Position numbers and translations under genes: made by a program. From assembly GCA_965220565.1 (NCBI GenBank), contig CBDCQG010000001.1, positions 601,691 to 665,690 of the forward strand: DNA of 64,000 nucleotides, given 5' to 3'. Below, one piece after another: positions 60,234 through 64,000 of the stretch (within the stretch, counting starts at the first letter, position 1; each line of letters opens with the position of its first letter). The notes beneath the pieces are model-generated. The model saw only the letters and a program-made list of their open reading frames with translations, was not told the DNA's origin and did no database searches. Source of the DNA: Dehalococcoidia bacterium. Lineage in GTDB: Bacteria; Chloroflexota; Dehalococcoidia; UBA6926.

Positions 60234-60256
60234 TTCCGCCTGATCCCGATAGTGAA

Positions 60257-60282
60257 AAGGACGGGGCCTGTGCCCCGTCCTT
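60257..60282 (+). terminator. Strong hairpin after the thioredoxin-like gene
   Basis: AAGGACGGGGC, ctgt loop, GCCCCGTCCTT (11 bp), 24 nt after the stop. There is no U-tract. Confidence 0.5.
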
Positions 60283-60426
60283 GCCATTGGTTCCGCTGCT
60301 AACGTTCGCGGGCGCGTCGGCGTTCGAGTATACAGTGAGTTCTGGCGGCGCGTCGGCGGCCCACGGTTGGCAACACCCGACTCGGCGGTGATTCAAACGC
60401 CCCACGGGCAATTGAGGTTTTTGCGG

Positions 60427-62121
60427 ATGGCGACGATCAAGCGTCTGCGGCTGTGGCAAGTCATTGTAATCATCGGCGTATTGATCGTTGGTCTCGGCGG
60501 CGGCGCGTATCTCATCAATGCGCAGTTGTCGGGTGATCAAGCGTCCGAGGGCCTCACGGAGAATGAGCAGCTTGTGGCGGTGGCGCGCGGGAATCTGATC
60601 AACCAGGTGCAGACCGGCGGCACGCTGACGCTGCCCCATCGGGAGTCCATACGACTGGGCGCCGGTTCCATCGTTAAGGATGTCCTGGTTGAAGAGGGGC
60701 AGGCCGTTATAGAAGGTCAGGCCCTCTTCACGGTGGATGACGCAACCGTCGCGCGGCATGACATGGAAATCGCGAAGGCGCAGATTGCGCTGCGCGACGC
60801 CCAGGACGCCTTAGCGAATCTCCTCCCGGACGCGCAAGCAGACCTGGCTGTCGCCGAGGATGACATTGAGGACGCTGAGCAGGTTCTTGATGATCTCCAT
60901 GAGGAACACCGCGAGAAGATCGAGACGGCGCAGGATGACGTTGCTGAACAGGAAGAAAAGTACCGGGACATCCTTGCGGCCTGGCTGGGAGTCACCCTCG
61001 AAGGACATGAATTGGGGATGTCGCCGGACGACTTGCTGACACGATGGGGAGTCAACCTGGAGGAACTGCTCATCGAGGCTGTTGGCGCTGACAGCGCGAG
61101 GGGTATCTATTCCCGCGGCGCGCCGGCGGACGATCCGGCCACCAGGTGGTCTGAAACTATCGTCTACGCCATCGTCAATTTCTACCCGGGCCAGATTGTC
61201 TCCACGTGCGAGAGCACTGACGCGCATCCACTCAACGGGCACTGCCTTCAAAAGGGATTTGATGACGTCTGGGACGCGCTGACGACGGCCCGTAACGCGC
61301 TTGTTGACGCGGTTAAGGCCAGGGATACCGCGATAAAGGAAGCGCAGACCAAGCTGGACGCGGCGCAGGAGAAGCGCGAACAGGCCCTGCTTGCCGTGCG
61401 TGACGCGAGCGAGGGAGCCGAGGGATACGCTCGCCGGCTCAAGGAGGCTGAGCTTGTAACGGCGCAAGTTGCGCTGCAAGACGCGCTGCAGCAGCGCGAG
61501 GAAGCGACCGTCCGCGCGCCAATCGACGGCATTGTCGCCGTCCTCAATGCGGTTGCGGGCGAGGAGCTTGACGTGGAATCGCGCATTGCTGTTGAGATCA
61601 TTGACACGTCCATCGTGGAGCTTTCAGGGCAGGTGGATGAGACCGACGTGCTGCGGATCAGCTACGGCGATCCGGCCGAAATCACCCTGGACGCGATGCC
61701 CGGGCAGGTATTCACCGGCTCAATATCGTCGATTTCGTCGGCGGCTCAACTCCAGCAGGGCATCGCGGTCTTTACCGTGCTCGTACGTATTGACGTGCCG
61801 CCGGACGTTGACCTGCGGGAGGGTATGAACGCGAACGCGCGCATGGCCGTGGAGGAGCAGTTCGACGTCTTGCTGGTTCCCGTGCAATCGATCTACGGCA
61901 CGTTCCAGGCGCCGATCCTCCGTGTCATGTCGGACGGCGACACAACATCGCGTCCGGTGACCCTGGGGGACAACGACGGCTTCTGGGTTGTTGTTGAGAG
62001 CGGCGTGGATGAGGGTGAAGAGGTCATCATGCACGTGTCCGAGGCGGATGAATTCGGCGTGTTCGGCGGCGGCCCGGGATTCCAGCGCCAGACAACCCGA
62101 ACCGTCCGGGTGGGCAACTAA
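60427..62121 (+). CDS. Periplasmic adaptor (membrane-fusion protein, MacA/HlyD-like) with a long coiled coil
   Basis: N-terminal TM helix, lipoyl-like motif (FTVDD...), an about 250-aa Ala/Glu/Leu-rich coiled coil, a beta-barrel (VRAPIDGIV) and a C-terminal domain. ATG 60427 is preferred. Confidence 0.85.
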   Translation: MATIKRLRLWQVIVIIGVLIVGLGGGAYLINAQLSGDQASEGLTENEQLVAVARGNLINQVQTGGTLTLPHRESIRLGAGSIVKDVLVEEGQAVIEGQALFTVDDATVARHDMEIAKAQIALRDAQDALANLLPDAQADLAVAEDDIEDAEQVLDDLHEEHREKIETAQDDVAEQEEKYRDILAAWLGVTLEGHELGMSPDDLLTRWGVNLEELLIEAVGADSARGIYSRGAPADDPATRWSETIVYAIVNFYPGQIVSTCESTDAHPLNGHCLQKGFDDVWDALTTARNALVDAVKARDTAIKEAQTKLDAAQEKREQALLAVRDASEGAEGYARRLKEAELVTAQVALQDALQQREEATVRAPIDGIVAVLNAVAGEELDVESRIAVEIIDTSIVELSGQVDETDVLRISYGDPAEITLDAMPGQVFTGSISSISSAAQLQQGIAVFTVLVRIDVPPDVDLREGMNANARMAVEEQFDVLLVPVQSIYGTFQAPILRVMSDGDTTSRPVTLGDNDGFWVVVESGVDEGEEVIMHVSEADEFGVFGGGPGFQRQTTRTVRVGN

Positions 62122-62156
62122 CGGCGTTCGAGCGGCAGGCAGCCCGGAGCGGCGAC

Positions 62157-62837
62157 GTGATTGAACTGGTCAATGTCACCAAGACCTATCGGATAGGCGA
62201 GGTTGAGATTGGCGCCCTGCGTGGCGTCAATCTGACCATCGATGACGGCGAGATGGTCGCCGTCATGGGGGCCTCGGGCTCCGGCAAATCAACATTGATG
62301 AACATCCTTGGATGCCTTGACGTCCCCACGTCCGGCCAGTATTCGCTTGACGGCGTCAGCGTTGGGCGGCTGCCCGATTCACGGCTGGCGGCGATACGGA
62401 ACCGCAAGATTGGGTTCGTGTTTCAGAGCTACAACCTGTTGCCGCGCCTCACGGCGGAGTCGAATGTCGAGCTGCCGCTGTTGTACGCGAGAAAGGGCGG
62501 CAGCGCGCGTTTGGCGCGGGAAGCCTTGGATCGCGTGGGGCTTGCGGACAGGACGGGGCATCGTCCAACGGAGATGTCCGGCGGACAGCAGCAGAGGGTT
62601 GCCATTGCGCGGGCGCTGGTTAACGAACCGTCCATCCTGCTTGCCGACGAGCCGACGGGCAACCTGGATTCCCGCTCCAGTTTGGAGATCATCGAACTGC
62701 TCAAGGAACTCAATCAAACATCCGGGATCACCGTCATCATCGTCACGCATGAGGAGGACATCGCGCGTTTCGCTGAGCGCAGAATCCTGATGCGGGACGG
62801 CGAGGTGGTCGATGATGAGAAAGCGGGGATGGCGTGA
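62157..62837 (+). CDS. MacB-type ABC transporter ATP-binding protein
   Basis: Walker A GASGSGKST, NILGCLD, signature MSGGQQQR, Walker B LLADEPT, H-loop VTHE. Confidence 0.9.
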   Translation: MIELVNVTKTYRIGEVEIGALRGVNLTIDDGEMVAVMGASGSGKSTLMNILGCLDVPTSGQYSLDGVSVGRLPDSRLAAIRNRKIGFVFQSYNLLPRLTAESNVELPLLYARKGGSARLAREALDRVGLADRTGHRPTEMSGGQQQRVAIARALVNEPSILLADEPTGNLDSRSSLEIIELLKELNQTSGITVIIVTHEEDIARFAERRILMRDGEVVDDEKAGMA

Positions 62838-64000
62838 GTCCGCAGCGCGCGCTCCTCTCCGCCTTGCAATCCGTCGGAGCGAACAAGCTCCGCAGCCTGC
62901 TCACGCTGCTTGGAATCGTGATCGGCGTGGCGGCGGTAATCTCGCTCATGTCCATCGGGCGCGGCGTGCAGGAGTCCGTCACGTCGTTCATCCAGGAGTT
63001 GGGCACCAACATCCTCTACGTCAGCCCGTCAGGGGGATCGCTGACGCTGGATGACGCGTACGCGCTGGTGGACCCGCTGCTTGCCCCCTCGGTTGACCAG
63101 GTTGCGCCGGAGATCAACTCGTTTGGCGACGTGATCACGATCGATGACTTTGGGGCGCGCAGCCTTTCCGGTGAGATCACGGGCGTGACGCCGGAGTACC
63201 TGGACGTGCGAGATTTCGACGTGGCTGCCGGAAGCTTCATCAGCATCCCCCATATTTCTGCCGCGTCCGACGTGGCAGTCCTCGGCTCAGAGGCGGCAGT
63301 TGACCTCTTCCTTGGGCGCAATCCGGTTGGACAGACCATTACCATCAATGGCCGTGAGATGACCGTCATCGGCGTGCTGGAGAGCAGGGGAGGAGGGGCG
63401 TTCGGTTTTGAAGATAACCGCGTCCTCATTCCCATCACCACTGCCTATCGCCGCATCAGCGCGGATCGGACCGTTGAGGGTGATGTCGGCGTCGATATCA
63501 TCAGCGTGCTGGTCGGCGACGCCGACAACATGGAGCGGGCTGAAGGTGAAGTTGGCCGGATTCTGCGTCTCCGCCACAGGGTCACGGAGGAAGACGACTT
63601 CGATATAAGGAACCAGCAGCAGGCGCTGGAGGCCTTCCAGGAAACCACACAGGCCTTCGTGCTCTTCCTTGGTTCGATTGCGGGCATCTCCCTCATCGTT
63701 GGCGGGATCGGCATCATGAACATCATGCTGGTCTCCGTAACGGAGCGAACCAGGGAGATCGGCATTCGCAAGGCGGTGGGAGCCCGGCGCTGGGACATCC
63801 TTTCGCAATTCGTGCTGGAGGCCGTGCTGCTGAGCCTGGGCGGCGGCATCATCGGCGTGCTCTTGGGAATGCTCGTCGCGCAAGGAATGAACGTCACTCT
63901 GCTGGCTGAAGAAGATATCCGCACGGTTGTCAGCACCGATATCACAGTCCTGGCGCTGGCCGTTTCAATGCTTATCGGGCTGGTTTTTGGCATCTATCCC
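62834..64000 (+). CDS. MacB/FtsX-type ABC transporter permease (3' end outside the window)
   Basis: GTG 62834 overlaps the ATPase stop (GTGA). My translation runs open to the window end: LRSLLTLLGIVIGVAAVISL (TM1), a MacB periplasmic core domain, then VTERTREIGIRKAVGA (FtsX motif). It is not in the ORF track because no stop is reached. Confidence 0.85.
   Translation, partial: MSPQRALLSALQSVGANKLRSLLTLLGIVIGVAAVISLMSIGRGVQESVTSFIQELGTNILYVSPSGGSLTLDDAYALVDPLLAPSVDQVAPEINSFGDVITIDDFGARSLSGEITGVTPEYLDVRDFDVAAGSFISIPHISAASDVAVLGSEAAVDLFLGRNPVGQTITINGREMTVIGVLESRGGGAFGFEDNRVLIPITTAYRRISADRTVEGDVGVDIISVLVGDADNMERAEGEVGRILRLRHRVTEEDDFDIRNQQQALEAFQETTQAFVLFLGSIAGISLIVGGIGIMNIMLVSVTERTREIGIRKAVGARRWDILSQFVLEAVLLSLGGGIIGVLLGMLVAQGMNVTLLAEEDIRTVVSTDITVLALAVSMLIGLVFGIYP

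Noticed and set aside
59607-60287. 226-aa ORF on the minus strand
   Set aside because: It competes with the plus-strand thioredoxin-fold gene. That gene has a family motif (GEDWCPDV), a matching terminator and a co-directional glutaredoxin-like neighbour, whereas the minus ORF has none of these.

Overview
Gene-dense, high-GC bacterial chromosomal window. Spot counts give about 65% GC in housekeeping genes and 37-58% in a central block. I support about 58 protein-coding genes and 5 tRNAs (Gly-UCC, Gln-UUG, Leu-CAA, Thr-CGU, Glu-UUC). I saw no rRNA, CRISPR array, transposase, integrase or prophage. Content in order: a 5'-truncated double-FtsX ABC permease with two ATPases; an LLM oxidoreductase; MscS and otsB; CBS, amidohydrolase, Ada, MFS and hydrolase genes; otsA; small housekeeping genes; four tandem crotonase-fold paralogs interrupted by an isochorismatase-family gene; tRNA-Gly; a cell-envelope precursor cluster (glmS, uppP, glmU) with a DUF2779 nuclease-like gene; apt, a metF-like gene and an epimerase; tRNA-Gln and tRNA-Leu. 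The AT-richer central block (about 31.4-47.9 kb) holds a STAS / REC-PP2C / RsbW-like partner-switching module coupled to a solute-binding protein and a HAMP kinase. It also holds a secreted triple-Cache protein next to a FecCD-type importer, and a 770-aa lipoprotein with 13 plant-type leucine-rich repeats. The remainder holds a NarL-type two-component pair, a fully fused GAF-PAS-HK-REC-wHTH protein, an overlapping PHP / DnaQ-DinG / OGG operon, a CCA-adding enzyme, two thiol-redox genes and a MacA/MacB-type exporter that runs off the 3' end. Three families of short palindromic (REP-like) repeats are scattered through 13.5-27.4 kb, and one sits in frame inside uppP. No single obviously novel system stands out. 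The strongest candidates are the sigma-less partner-switch cluster, the crotonase array, the fused one-polypeptide two-component protein, the LRR lipoprotein and the stand-alone triple-Cache protein. All domain calls are by-eye motif recognition; no searches were run.
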